The translations under genes and the position numbers were made by a program. DNA of 64,000 nt, taken from positions 124,001 through 188,000 of the IMG/VR virus record IMGVR_UViG_3300041411_000080, one strand, 5' to 3'. The notes beneath the pieces were generated by a model. That model did no database searches. It was not told the origin of the DNA and was given only the letters and a program-made list of their open reading frames with translations. Below are positions 10,332 to 18,665 of this stretch, one piece after another; position 1 is the stretch's first letter; the number at the start of each line of letters is the position of its first letter.

Positions 10332-10404
10332 TGTGATTTCCTTTAAAAAATAGATTAACCACCCAATTTCGCCTTAGTAAAATAAGACACATACTGTTGG
10401 GTAT

Positions 10405-11199
10405 TTATTTCAAGCCGCCATGCTTCTTGAAAGCAGCTTCAAGCTTTTCATCGTACTTGTTAGCACGATAATTAGAGCCGTTGTAATAGCGGGCGAAAGT
10501 AACCCAGTCATCCTGACGAATCGCTTTCAGCAATACAGGGTTTGCCTTAATGAAACGCACGAAGCATTCCAATTGACCGCGTTCCGAAGACTTCAGCTTT
10601 TCGACGAATTCGTAAACGTCCTTGAACCCCAGTAGTTTCCAATGGTAACCCATTATCTGGTATGCACCCCACGAGCAGGACTCTAGTGCAGATACTTCGT
10701 GGATAGCCTTAGCTTGATCCAGGCGATTGTATTCAGCAGCCTTACCCAAATAACCCCCAGTTTTCTTACTGACGATATCTGGATACTTGGCCCAGTACTG
10801 TTCTGGATTAATACCGTTAGCAGCAAGCTGTCGGTACATCACGTGACGTTCGTAGAGAATGGTTACACGTCCATCTGGAAGGAAGCCACCTTGTGGAGCC
10901 TCAACCTCACGTACAGCCTTAATAGATGGTACGTCGTCAGCAAGGAACTCTGCTGCCCATTTAAAGTCTTCTTCCGTAAGCGACTTCAACGTGGTGTTAG
11001 GTGTGTTAAACACAGCCCAAGTTTTGTCACCTACAATCCCATCATCCTTGAGTTTGAATTTACGTTGTACTTCCTTAACGTAACGTTCAGTGGTATCACC
11101 AAAGACACCATCGTCTTTAAGGTCGTACCCAAGACTCTTCAGTTGACGCTGTAGTGCAGCAACCTGTTCCCCACGGGAACCATTCTTTAACAAAGCCAT
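10405..11199 (-). CDS. Modular endolysin: peptidoglycan-binding domain plus N-acetylmuramidase (DUF3380-type)
   Basis: LKNGSRGEQVAALQ...DGVFG...DGIVGDKTW binding domain; EVE...GF...ILYERH, SWGAYQIMG and FARYYNG motifs. Confidence 0.9.
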   Translation of the reverse strand: MALLKNGSRGEQVAALQRQLKSLGYDLKDDGVFGDTTERYVKEVQRKFKLKDDGIVGDKTWAVFNTPNTTLKSLTEEDFKWAAEFLADDVPSIKAVREVEAPQGGFLPDGRVTILYERHVMYRQLAANGINPEQYWAKYPDIVSKKTGGYLGKAAEYNRLDQAKAIHEVSALESCSWGAYQIMGYHWKLLGFKDVYEFVEKLKSSERGQLECFVRFIKANPVLLKAIRQDDWVTFARYYNGSNYRANKYDEKLEAAFKKHGGLK

Positions 11200-11200
11200 A

Positions 11201-11755
11201 TTAACCCCATGTCGCAGACAAGCGATGTTCAAGTTCGCGTGTCACGCCTTCTTCTGTATAGCGAATTGTTCCGGCTTCAAGATAGCGGGTCCATTGAGAG
11301 ACTGGAATCACCTCTACTTGAACAAGCGTCTTACCGATGTATGCATAGCTACCGGTCAGTGCTGTAAACTCATATTCAAAAGTGGTCCCAATAACTGGAA
11401 TCACTTCTTCAGAGAAAGATACATCACTTGGTCCAAATGTCATTCTTCGCGCCCGATTGATTTCGAGAGCGATGCTAGCCGGGGTGGGATCACCCATGAC
11501 CTTAATGCTAACTAGTGGTCCCAGACACCGGCGGTCTGAAAGCTCGAGACGACGGAATTCAAACCAGTCTTTGTGACTGGTTACTTTGTCAATCATCTCA
11601 ATGTAGCTTCGACCCGGTTCTACTTCCGTTGGAGAGAAGAACAAATCTTCAAAGGTAATGTACTCATCCTTCAGGTCAGGTCGGTTCTGGGATCGCCGGA
11701 CCAGTTCTACAAGTGCCTGACGAGAAGGCATGTTGTAGGGGAAACGATCGCTCAT
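11201..11755 (-). CDS. Putative virion structural protein with a C-terminal RYxExG repeat
   Basis: 184 aa; layout resembles the 29056 and 29933 ORFs (helix, then F/Y-x-R-L-D/E-L); ends RYLEAGTIRYTEEGVTRELE. Confidence 0.65.
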   Translation of the reverse strand: MSDRFPYNMPSRQALVELVRRSQNRPDLKDEYITFEDLFFSPTEVEPGRSYIEMIDKVTSHKDWFEFRRLELSDRRCLGPLVSIKVMGDPTPASIALEINRARRMTFGPSDVSFSEEVIPVIGTTFEYEFTALTGSYAYIGKTLVQVEVIPVSQWTRYLEAGTIRYTEEGVTRELEHRLSATWG

Positions 11756-11807
11756 GTTAAACCCTCTTTAAAAACGTGCGAAAAATCCACTTAAGTTACA
11801 TAGCATT

Positions 11808-11835
11808 ATAAAACCTCCCCTAGAAAGGGGAGGCT
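11808..11835 (-). terminator. Hairpin terminator
   Basis: CCTCCCCT-agaa-AGGGGAGG followed by TTTTAT on the minus strand. Confidence 0.65.
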
Positions 11836-11839
11836 AAAA

Positions 11840-12235
11840 TTAGGTAGCTGGTGGAGCATTAGAGGCAATGAGACTAAAGATCGACTGTGCGATTGACTTA
11901 AGTGCATCGATTGCTTCAGGGCTTAGGTGACCGCCAGTGACGACCAACCCAATTACGATCATAGCTAACAGGATTGCCCCGTACATGCTAATCCGTTTAT
12001 AATTCGAATCCCCCTTAAGATTAGCTACTGTGCGATTAAGCAAAGTAGTCTGCACGTCTATATCTTCGATGCTGTAAATGCGTTCGAGGATAATGTCACA
12101 TGGGGTATCAGGCGTGATAGGTTCAAAGCCAACCCTTTTGAGGTTAGCATTGATAAACGCGCGCAGTGGACGACCGTTGAGTTCATCCGACAAAGGATCG
12201 GTGCCCTGCTCACTAAGGAGTTGTTCGAGCTTCAT
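11840..12235 (-). CDS. Membrane protein (holin/antiholin candidate)
   Basis: One hydrophobic helix (ISMYGAILLAMIVIGLVVTGG); lies between the spanins and the endolysin. Confidence 0.45.
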   Translation of the reverse strand: MKLEQLLSEQGTDPLSDELNGRPLRAFINANLKRVGFEPITPDTPCDIILERIYSIEDIDVQTTLLNRTVANLKGDSNYKRISMYGAILLAMIVIGLVVTGGHLSPEAIDALKSIAQSIFSLIASNAPPAT

Positions 12236-12545
12236 TATTCATCTCCAGATGTTTGTCGTCCCAACTACGGATAGAATCAATCTGAAGATCACAGTTATAC
12301 AGGTTCCCTGTCTGACCTAAGTAGGCATCGTACATAATCAAGAATCTGGCTTCCCACACATTGGTAGCTGTAGGAAACAGATCAGTGGCATTTACGAGTT
12401 GTTCTTTGGTTGGCGGTGCATCAATCCTACATTTACTTTTCAGGACTGACGGCACTGCATCGTGTGTCTTGGGGGCGGGCACGACAATAGTTCTCGTGCA
12501 AGCGGTCAGCGAGGATACCAACACGATCAGCCCCATCAGGAACAT
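12213..12545 (-). CDS. o-spanin (Rz1-like outer-membrane lipoprotein)
   Basis: MFLMGLIVLVSSLTA-C lipobox, Pro-rich periplasmic part, further Cys residues; overlaps the i-spanin out of frame. Confidence 0.75.
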   Translation of the reverse strand: MFLMGLIVLVSSLTACTRTIVVPAPKTHDAVPSVLKSKCRIDAPPTKEQLVNATDLFPTATNVWEARFLIMYDAYLGQTGNLYNCDLQIDSIRSWDDKHLEMNNEARTTP

Positions 12546-12870
12546 CAGTTTTCGGAGTTGTTTCCTTAGCCGGTACCACAGGTTCGATTTTCTTAACGTA
12601 CTCATTGATTGTCTCTTTTCGGAAGTTGTCCGTAGCTAACTGGGACGTCTTGGCTTCAGTTGCGTAGTCTAAAACTACACGGTCAGTGATCTCAGCTGAT
12701 TTCTCCGCGTGGACCACATTTTGTTGTAGAGTCCCATTCTCCGTTTGTAGGCTTCCGTTCTCTACCAAGTTATTCGTGTACAGCTTCCATAATCCAAAGC
12801 TCCCCAATAAAAGTATTAGGATTACGATCACGAATATCTTAGTGCTTGCACTTTTAAACAGGGTGAACAT
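12433..12870 (-). CDS. i-spanin (Rz-like)
   Basis: N-terminal membrane helix (IFVIVILILLLGSFGLW), helical periplasmic domain, two C-terminal Cys; GAGG RBS. Confidence 0.75.
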   Translation of the reverse strand: MFTLFKSASTKIFVIVILILLLGSFGLWKLYTNNLVENGSLQTENGTLQQNVVHAEKSAEITDRVVLDYATEAKTSQLATDNFRKETINEYVKKIEPVVPAKETTPKTDVPDGADRVGILADRLHENYCRARPQDTRCSAVSPEK

Positions 12871-12880
12871 AGTCAACCTC

Positions 12881-13444
12881 TTAAAGTAGTTGCGATGAGT
12901 AGTAGTAGCCGATTGCAACCGAGTCGATAGAGTGTTCGTCTAGGGTATCGATATCGATATCATCCCATGCGAGTTCTTTCAAGTTAGCTAAGGCTCTGCG
13001 TACGTCTTCTTTGTCTGTGCCACGAATCTTAACCATCCCGATATTTGTCTTCACTGTAGTAGGATCGACGATTTGTAGGGGGAGGAATGGATCGTAGGCG
13101 TAACATGCGTTCCGTATAACTGTTACACACTCTACGAGGCTCGCAAACGCTGTTGCGAAGCGTCCTAGGTAGTTACCCTCCACGATGACACCATGTGGAC
13201 GATGCGTGCGTAAGAATAGGGTTACACGGTCATGTAGGATCATGAGCTTAGCTGCACGATTTCCGTGAAGCTCGGCCATTTCCTTATATCCGAATTCAGC
13301 TGGATTCAGCTTGACTGTTTCCGCTACCTTCACAATTGGCTTAGAACCATCTAAGTGGTTCTCGATAAGGGAAAGACCCAAGTTTGCACCTGGGTCAAAT
13401 CCAGCGATTCTAAAAGGTTCTAAACTTTTAGGCATCACTAACAT
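12881..13444 (-). CDS. ruvC: RuvC-like Holliday junction resolvase
   Basis: IAGFDPG, VIVE, PTTVK, KEDV and DEHSIDSVAIG acidic catalytic motifs. Confidence 0.85.
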   Translation of the reverse strand: MLVMPKSLEPFRIAGFDPGANLGLSLIENHLDGSKPIVKVAETVKLNPAEFGYKEMAELHGNRAAKLMILHDRVTLFLRTHRPHGVIVEGNYLGRFATAFASLVECVTVIRNACYAYDPFLPLQIVDPTTVKTNIGMVKIRGTDKEDVRRALANLKELAWDDIDIDTLDEHSIDSVAIGYYYSSQLL

Positions 13445-13453
13445 TTTAAGTCC

Positions 13454-14350
13454 TTAAACGAACTGAGCCTGTTGGACAGCGTTCGAGCCAAGGGTAGGTT
13501 CTACACCACCGATGTCGAAGGTCAGATCCAGACCACTGGAGTTATAACCGATCGGGTGGTTAGTCGAGATGAATACGTTTACTTGGCAAGCGATTACTTC
13601 GTTATACTGGAAGCCTTGACCCGGTGCAGTTACACGACGATCTACACCAGAACACAGACCCATCTCAGAGATGATCGGAGAGCGGATAGAACCAGTACGG
13701 ATACGGTGAGCATCGGTGATATCACGGATCTCTTCAGCACTCAGGCTAACCTTAACGATTGCCGAGGCCGATACAGTTTTGTTGGAACCGATTACGGTAC
13801 CACTGTTCGAGATAACTGGTGGGGTGGGGTTCAGGTCATCAACGGTAGGAGTGTAAGGCTTAGCGGTTACAACACCGTTAATAACTTCCAGTTCCAGTAG
13901 TTGTGGTTGTACACCGGTAACGTTAATACGACGACCGTAGTAAACGATGTAATTCTTACCACCGTGTGTTTCTTCAGTACGTAGACAATACTGGTCACGA
14001 CGATCCGCTGGAAGGTCTTGACTAGGCTCACGCATTACAAAAGGAATATGGTTGTAAAGAGCAGCATCGTTAGAACGGTGGATGCGGTTAGCAGTTTCAT
14101 CCGAACCGTCTGGACCTTTAACGAAGTAATGGCCCATGTTACCAATAACGAGGTAGCGAACGTTAGGCACTTCACCAGCAGCAGGAGCGATACCGTTTTC
14201 GATACCGAACTTCTCATTCAGTGTGGTGTGTGGAATAACGCGAAAAGGTGTAAGACCCAGATACTTGGTCGTTTGCAGATAAGCTGCATATGCAGTACGG
14301 GTTACGTTGATCAATTGTTGATCAATAGGGTTTGCGACAACGTCGGCCAT
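13454..14350 (-). CDS. Virion structural/baseplate protein (gp139-like)
   Basis: 298 aa; [21 protein letters not shown] and [11 protein letters not shown] motifs; synteny. Confidence 0.65.
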   Translation of the reverse strand: MADVVANPIDQQLINVTRTAYAAYLQTTKYLGLTPFRVIPHTTLNEKFGIENGIAPAAGEVPNVRYLVIGNMGHYFVKGPDGSDETANRIHRSNDAALYNHIPFVMREPSQDLPADRRDQYCLRTEETHGGKNYIVYYGRRINVTGVQPQLLELEVINGVVTAKPYTPTVDDLNPTPPVISNSGTVIGSNKTVSASAIVKVSLSAEEIRDITDAHRIRTGSIRSPIISEMGLCSGVDRRVTAPGQGFQYNEVIACQVNVFISTNHPIGYNSSGLDLTFDIGGVEPTLGSNAVQQAQFV

Positions 14351-14392
14351 GATGAACCTCTAAGTTTGTAAATAGCATTGTAAGATTGTGCA

Positions 14393-14881
14393 TCAATCGG
14401 TTAGTTTGAGTGGGCAACCCAAGATCATGACACACGCCCAAAGCTGGCCATCCTTAGAAGGTTTCAGTTCATGCAGGGTCTGAAGGTTAAAACCTATTTG
14501 CTGACCCTTCTTAACTTTTACTTCTTTGTGATCCAGATGAATCGACTGGTTCTTCAGTGCTGTAGCAATGACTGTACCTGAAAGTGGCTTACCTACCCAT
14601 GCATCCATCAGATCCAAGAAGCCTGTACCCCGAGGGATCTCAAGGAACCAACCTTGCAGGATTTTACTTTGGATTGGAGCAGGGAACTTGATGCGATACA
14701 GTTCTCGCTGAGCATGTGTCCAATCAAACCACTTGGCTACGTTATAGCGACTAAGGGCATTAGGACCATTGACTCCACCGCGACGACGATAGCCTTCAGC
14801 TTTCTGGAACTTTACTTCTTTGCTGAGGACTTCCAATTCTTCGAGTTCTGTTTCGGAAACGTTTTCATATTGCTTGTACAT
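14393..14881 (-). CDS. Cupin/2OG-oxygenase-like fold protein, degenerate
   Basis: Beta-rich C-terminus ...KKGQQIGFNLQTLHELKP parallels the neighbouring oxygenase but has no HxD. Confidence 0.45.
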   Translation of the reverse strand: MYKQYENVSETELEELEVLSKEVKFQKAEGYRRRGGVNGPNALSRYNVAKWFDWTHAQRELYRIKFPAPIQSKILQGWFLEIPRGTGFLDLMDAWVGKPLSGTVIATALKNQSIHLDHKEVKVKKGQQIGFNLQTLHELKPSKDGQLWACVMILGCPLKLTD

Positions 14882-14889
14882 GTTAACCT

Positions 14890-15372
14890 CTATTCGTAGA
14901 GATAGATGAGTGTGTATCGTCTATGGGTTACAGGTGGAACTTCATGTGGAGGAGATTTGAATGGCATGATCAACCCAGACCCCGGTACATCCACATAGAA
15001 CTCGTCACCAACCTTTAATCCATCACCATGGTCACTGAGTGGGATTACCATGTTGTGCCGATACATTGCTATATCGACATGTTCTGGCATTCCATTTCCG
15101 ATCTCATAGCGGTTGACACACGCTTCAGCAGGTTTCTCACCATCGATGATTGGGGCTAGGGCAAACAGGTGGTCCCTTAGTTCTTTAGGCATCTGCCGAT
15201 CCCCTAGGAACCAGTAGTCTGCTGTAGGGTCACCCTTGGTAGGTTTACTGTTAATCTTGAGACGATGGAACCACCGTGTTTCAGGTAGTTCCTCCAAGTA
15301 CTCAACTACCTCAGCGGAGGTCTGAGCCGAAAATGCTACCACCGGCAACAGATCTTGGGCCAAGTGCTTCAT
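14890..15372 (-). CDS. 2-oxoglutarate/Fe(II) dioxygenase family protein
   Basis: VNRY...PEHVD (HxD), distal PHEVPPV His and RYTL Arg; start chosen at ATG 15372 after GAAGG. Confidence 0.75.
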   Translation of the reverse strand: MKHLAQDLLPVVAFSAQTSAEVVEYLEELPETRWFHRLKINSKPTKGDPTADYWFLGDRQMPKELRDHLFALAPIIDGEKPAEACVNRYEIGNGMPEHVDIAMYRHNMVIPLSDHGDGLKVGDEFYVDVPGSGLIMPFKSPPHEVPPVTHRRYTLIYLYE

Positions 15373-15916
15373 GGATACCGCCTTCCATTCGGGCGGAAGT
15401 CTCAGCTTCGATTTGTTCGTCAGTGATGTAGTCGACGTCTGGGCTTGCACTATAGAATTCCTTCTTCGCTTGGTTGGTTGCGATACATTGGTCGATGTAA
15501 GAGGTCATCTCACCCAAGGCAATAAACTCTGGGAGATCCGAGAGTTCATGTTCCTGACCCAACCGCTGTACGGCTTTAACCAACATGTTGATCTGATCAA
15601 CCAAAGGATATTTCTTGGTGATCTTACTCTCAGCCATGATGTTCAATTGCTTTTCGAAGATCTGTTCTTTCTGCTCACTACGTTTGATTACCTCGAAGGC
15701 ATCACTAAACGTACCGTCTTCATTCTTAATGAGTTTACCGAGCAGCACATCATCTGCAAAGTTAAACAGTACCGAGCGACCTACGTACAGATTTTGATCG
15801 TACTGAGAGTCGTCGTAGGGGATACCCACGGTTGTTACGTATACGCCATTCTGTTTGTTGAACAAGGCGGTAGCTGAAATGCGACCGTCTTCATGGATTT
15901 CTTCATATGCTGCCAT
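15311..15916 (-). CDS. Hypothetical protein (possible tail assembly factor)
   Basis: 201-aa ORF with GGAG RBS directly after the fibre paralogue array. Confidence 0.65.
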   Translation of the reverse strand: MAAYEEIHEDGRISATALFNKQNGVYVTTVGIPYDDSQYDQNLYVGRSVLFNFADDVLLGKLIKNEDGTFSDAFEVIKRSEQKEQIFEKQLNIMAESKITKKYPLVDQINMLVKAVQRLGQEHELSDLPEFIALGEMTSYIDQCIATNQAKKEFYSASPDVDYITDEQIEAETSARMEGGIHEALGPRSVAGGSIFGSDLR

Positions 15917-15935
15917 TTTGTTACTCCACTATTAA

Positions 15936-17282
15936 TTAGATGCGAATCGCGTATGTACCAGGACCCGTCTTCTGAGCAACTACCAAGGCGGTGTTGTAAC
16001 GACCACCGTTGAAGTTCATTGCATATTGACCGATCAACCAAGAGTTGACACCAGCTTCTGGATCATTCGCTTTACGTTGGATAGCTGCTAACGCTGCGTT
16101 ATAATCAGTTGATGCACCTTCAAGACCAACAAAGTAAACTGTACCCGCTTGAGCGTTGTAAGGTCTCAGGATATCGTCGATGTTAGCGTAGGTGTTATTA
16201 CCTGCTAACACGTAACGCCCTGGGTCCCAACCTTGTACCACTGGTGCGAAGTATGGCTCAGTAAACCGAGTATTAGGGTCGATGTTAGACGCATCCAAGT
16301 TAGCCTGAATATTACTGAACACTGTTGCTGCTGGTAATCCAGCAAAGCGTGCAGAGTCAGCTGCTGTTTGAGTGCGGGCCAGACGCAGTGCAAAGAGGTC
16401 AAGGATCTGCTGAGTGCTATACAGGTTCAACAGTGGGTCAGTCAGCAATACTTGGTGCGGGTTAGAGGTGTTAGCCACGTGTGCAGTCAAGAGCGGATGT
16501 GCGTGCGCAGCAAGCTGATTATAGATACCGCCGATTGGCTGGTATTTATTGTTAACTGTTTTAGTAGTCGACTCAGCTGTATTAGCCATTGGCCAGTTAT
16601 TCACGTTACCCAACTGGATCTTGATTTTATCGGTCTTGTGTGGATTAGCTCGATCAGCAATGTGAGCGTTAACCTGAAGTCGATATGAATCAACTGCTGC
16701 CTGCGCCAAGAGGATGTAGTTCTGATAATAGGTACGGTTCCCTTCAATCAGAGACTTACGTCCTAATGCCCACGCCTTACCCAAAGCATCCAGGTTGAAG
16801 TTAGTAGACTCCAATCCATAGAGTTGCCAGTATTCGTGTTCGTGATCATCAGGGACGTACTGAAGTGGTTTGTCAATAATGTCTTCCCACTTGATCTTAC
16901 CGGGAGCAGTCTCGGTTTCATCCAGTACAGCTTTCAGTTCTTTAAAGCTCAGCGCGTATGGTCCACCTACAGCACGATAAGTAATTCGCACTCCGGGGGT
17001 TACATCCTTGTTTGTCACCACGATGATAGCACAGACTTCTTTAGCAGTAACAGCGCCGAGGTCTTTGTAGTAATAAGTCACTACATAGTCTTTATCACGG
17101 ACCAATAACTTCCCATCGGCCTGGCGAACAACAAGTGACTCGGTGTAGAACGCACCGAAGTCAGGTGTGAACATTCGATTGACTCGACCATTAGCCTTAG
17201 TCAGTGTATGTTCCTCACCCTCTCGGTAGTTTGAAGCAAGTGTCCCCTTGAAGTCCAAGGGGAGTTTTGTGATCGTTGCCAT
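15936..17282 (-). CDS. Tail/baseplate fibre protein, gp131-135 family
   Basis: Shared N-terminal domain (LDFKG...N...GEEH, GAFYTESL, YRAVGG) and H-x5-NPH repeats. Confidence 0.75.
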   Translation of the reverse strand: MATITKLPLDFKGTLASNYREGEEHTLTKANGRVNRMFTPDFGAFYTESLVVRQADGKLLVRDKDYVVTYYYKDLGAVTAKEVCAIIVVTNKDVTPGVRITYRAVGGPYALSFKELKAVLDETETAPGKIKWEDIIDKPLQYVPDDHEHEYWQLYGLESTNFNLDALGKAWALGRKSLIEGNRTYYQNYILLAQAAVDSYRLQVNAHIADRANPHKTDKIKIQLGNVNNWPMANTAESTTKTVNNKYQPIGGIYNQLAAHAHPLLTAHVANTSNPHQVLLTDPLLNLYSTQQILDLFALRLARTQTAADSARFAGLPAATVFSNIQANLDASNIDPNTRFTEPYFAPVVQGWDPGRYVLAGNNTYANIDDILRPYNAQAGTVYFVGLEGASTDYNAALAAIQRKANDPEAGVNSWLIGQYAMNFNGGRYNTALVVAQKTGPGTYAIRI

Positions 17283-17291
17283 AATTACCTC

Positions 17292-18656
17292 TTAACGCCA
17301 ACCCGGTGAGTACCAAGTACCGTTACTGATGGTGGCCATTGCTAGGGTGGATACCGGTGTAGTGATCGCGCCGTTACTCGTACCAATACCGTAGGATGCA
17401 GTTGATCGGTAGACAGCAATCGTCCCGTTAGGCCAGTTAGTTCCTGCGATACTAGCGATCGTAGCTGGAGAAGCATTGTAATCAAGTGTACCGACGTAAA
17501 GGATCGTATTACCACGCTTAGCGAAGATATTGAAGATCGATTCAATCGAACGCCAACCCAAGATACCGAATACCGATGGAGCTAGTACGTAACCAGATCC
17601 TTGATAGATCTGACCGCAGAAGACTTGCCATGGGAAAATGCCGGTCGTAATGTTTCTTACTGGGATCGCATATCGAACGTTGCTGTAGAACGTACCGAAG
17701 CTCCGACCACCAAGAGCCAATGTAGATCGTACCGTATCTCCACGCGTGTAATACTCGTTAGCTTTCTGGTTCATTTCGACATTAGTCATCGTCCCCAGTT
17801 TAGCAGCGGTATCTTGGTGTGGGTTATTCAAGTCTTGGATGTGAGACAGTAGCTGTGGTGTGAAGTTAGTTGCAATCGACTGTGCTGCTCGTAAAGGAGT
17901 AGCATAGGCATTCATTACAGTACCCGAGGCCGTCTGCGCTTGCCCTATAGTTGCAGGAGCATTGTTATACACAAATTGCAACTGGACTTGTTCAGCCGTT
18001 ACGTCATGCGGGTCGGTCTGGTCTTGGATGTGAGAAGTCAATCGTGCTTCTACGTCCGCAAGGTCGGTCTTCACTGCATCAAACTTAGTGCTGAACTCAC
18101 CGTACAGATTATCAAACTCCCGCTTGGTCATCTTGTCTAGAGCGGTTGTCATCCGATGAATGATTGCCGTCTGTGGAGTAAACCCAAAGAGTTCCCACAA
18201 TGCGTGCAAGTGACCATTAGGTCGGAAGCTACTTGGTTTACCCGTGAGGTTCTTCCAGAATACCTTACGGTTAGCCGAACGGATAACGTTAGCGGCTTGC
18301 TCCAAGATAGCCGTGTTCAATGAGCAGTATACACCACCCACCATCTGAGCTTCGATGTACAGGAAGTTGCCGATACTTGGATTCGTAACAACCAACACAG
18401 CGCATGCAGTCAAACCACGCTTCTTAGCGATCGTCGGTTCCATCAGCAAGCACTGATAGTCTTTGTCTTCTTCGAGGACGTGACCACGGTTGTCGATGAT
18501 GTACATGTTATCGGTGTAGAAATAACCTTTCTCCATTACCACAATGCGGTAAGGTAGATCGAATTGCGGGGAAAGATCATGGACCTCCCCTTTAGTCCGG
18601 TTATCAGGGGACTCACCCGACCAATCGATCGGTAGAGCTTGTAATACAGGAATCAT
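17292..18656 (-). CDS. Tail/baseplate fibre protein, gp131-135 family
   Basis: Same N-terminal domain (DWSGESPDN...GEVH, GYFYTD, QMVGG); HIQDQTDPH and HIQDLNNPH. Confidence 0.75.
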   Translation of the reverse strand: MIPVLQALPIDWSGESPDNRTKGEVHDLSPQFDLPYRIVVMEKGYFYTDNMYIIDNRGHVLEEDKDYQCLLMEPTIAKKRGLTACAVLVVTNPSIGNFLYIEAQMVGGVYCSLNTAILEQAANVIRSANRKVFWKNLTGKPSSFRPNGHLHALWELFGFTPQTAIIHRMTTALDKMTKREFDNLYGEFSTKFDAVKTDLADVEARLTSHIQDQTDPHDVTAEQVQLQFVYNNAPATIGQAQTASGTVMNAYATPLRAAQSIATNFTPQLLSHIQDLNNPHQDTAAKLGTMTNVEMNQKANEYYTRGDTVRSTLALGGRSFGTFYSNVRYAIPVRNITTGIFPWQVFCGQIYQGSGYVLAPSVFGILGWRSIESIFNIFAKRGNTILYVGTLDYNASPATIASIAGTNWPNGTIAVYRSTASYGIGTSNGAITTPVSTLAMATISNGTWYSPGWR

Positions 18657-18665
18657 GTAATCACC

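Noticed and set aside
6291-10346. Long plus-strand ORFs (434, 236, 675 aa) opposite the fibre gene
   Set aside because: Antisense shadows of a strongly codon-biased gene; no RBS or protein-like features.
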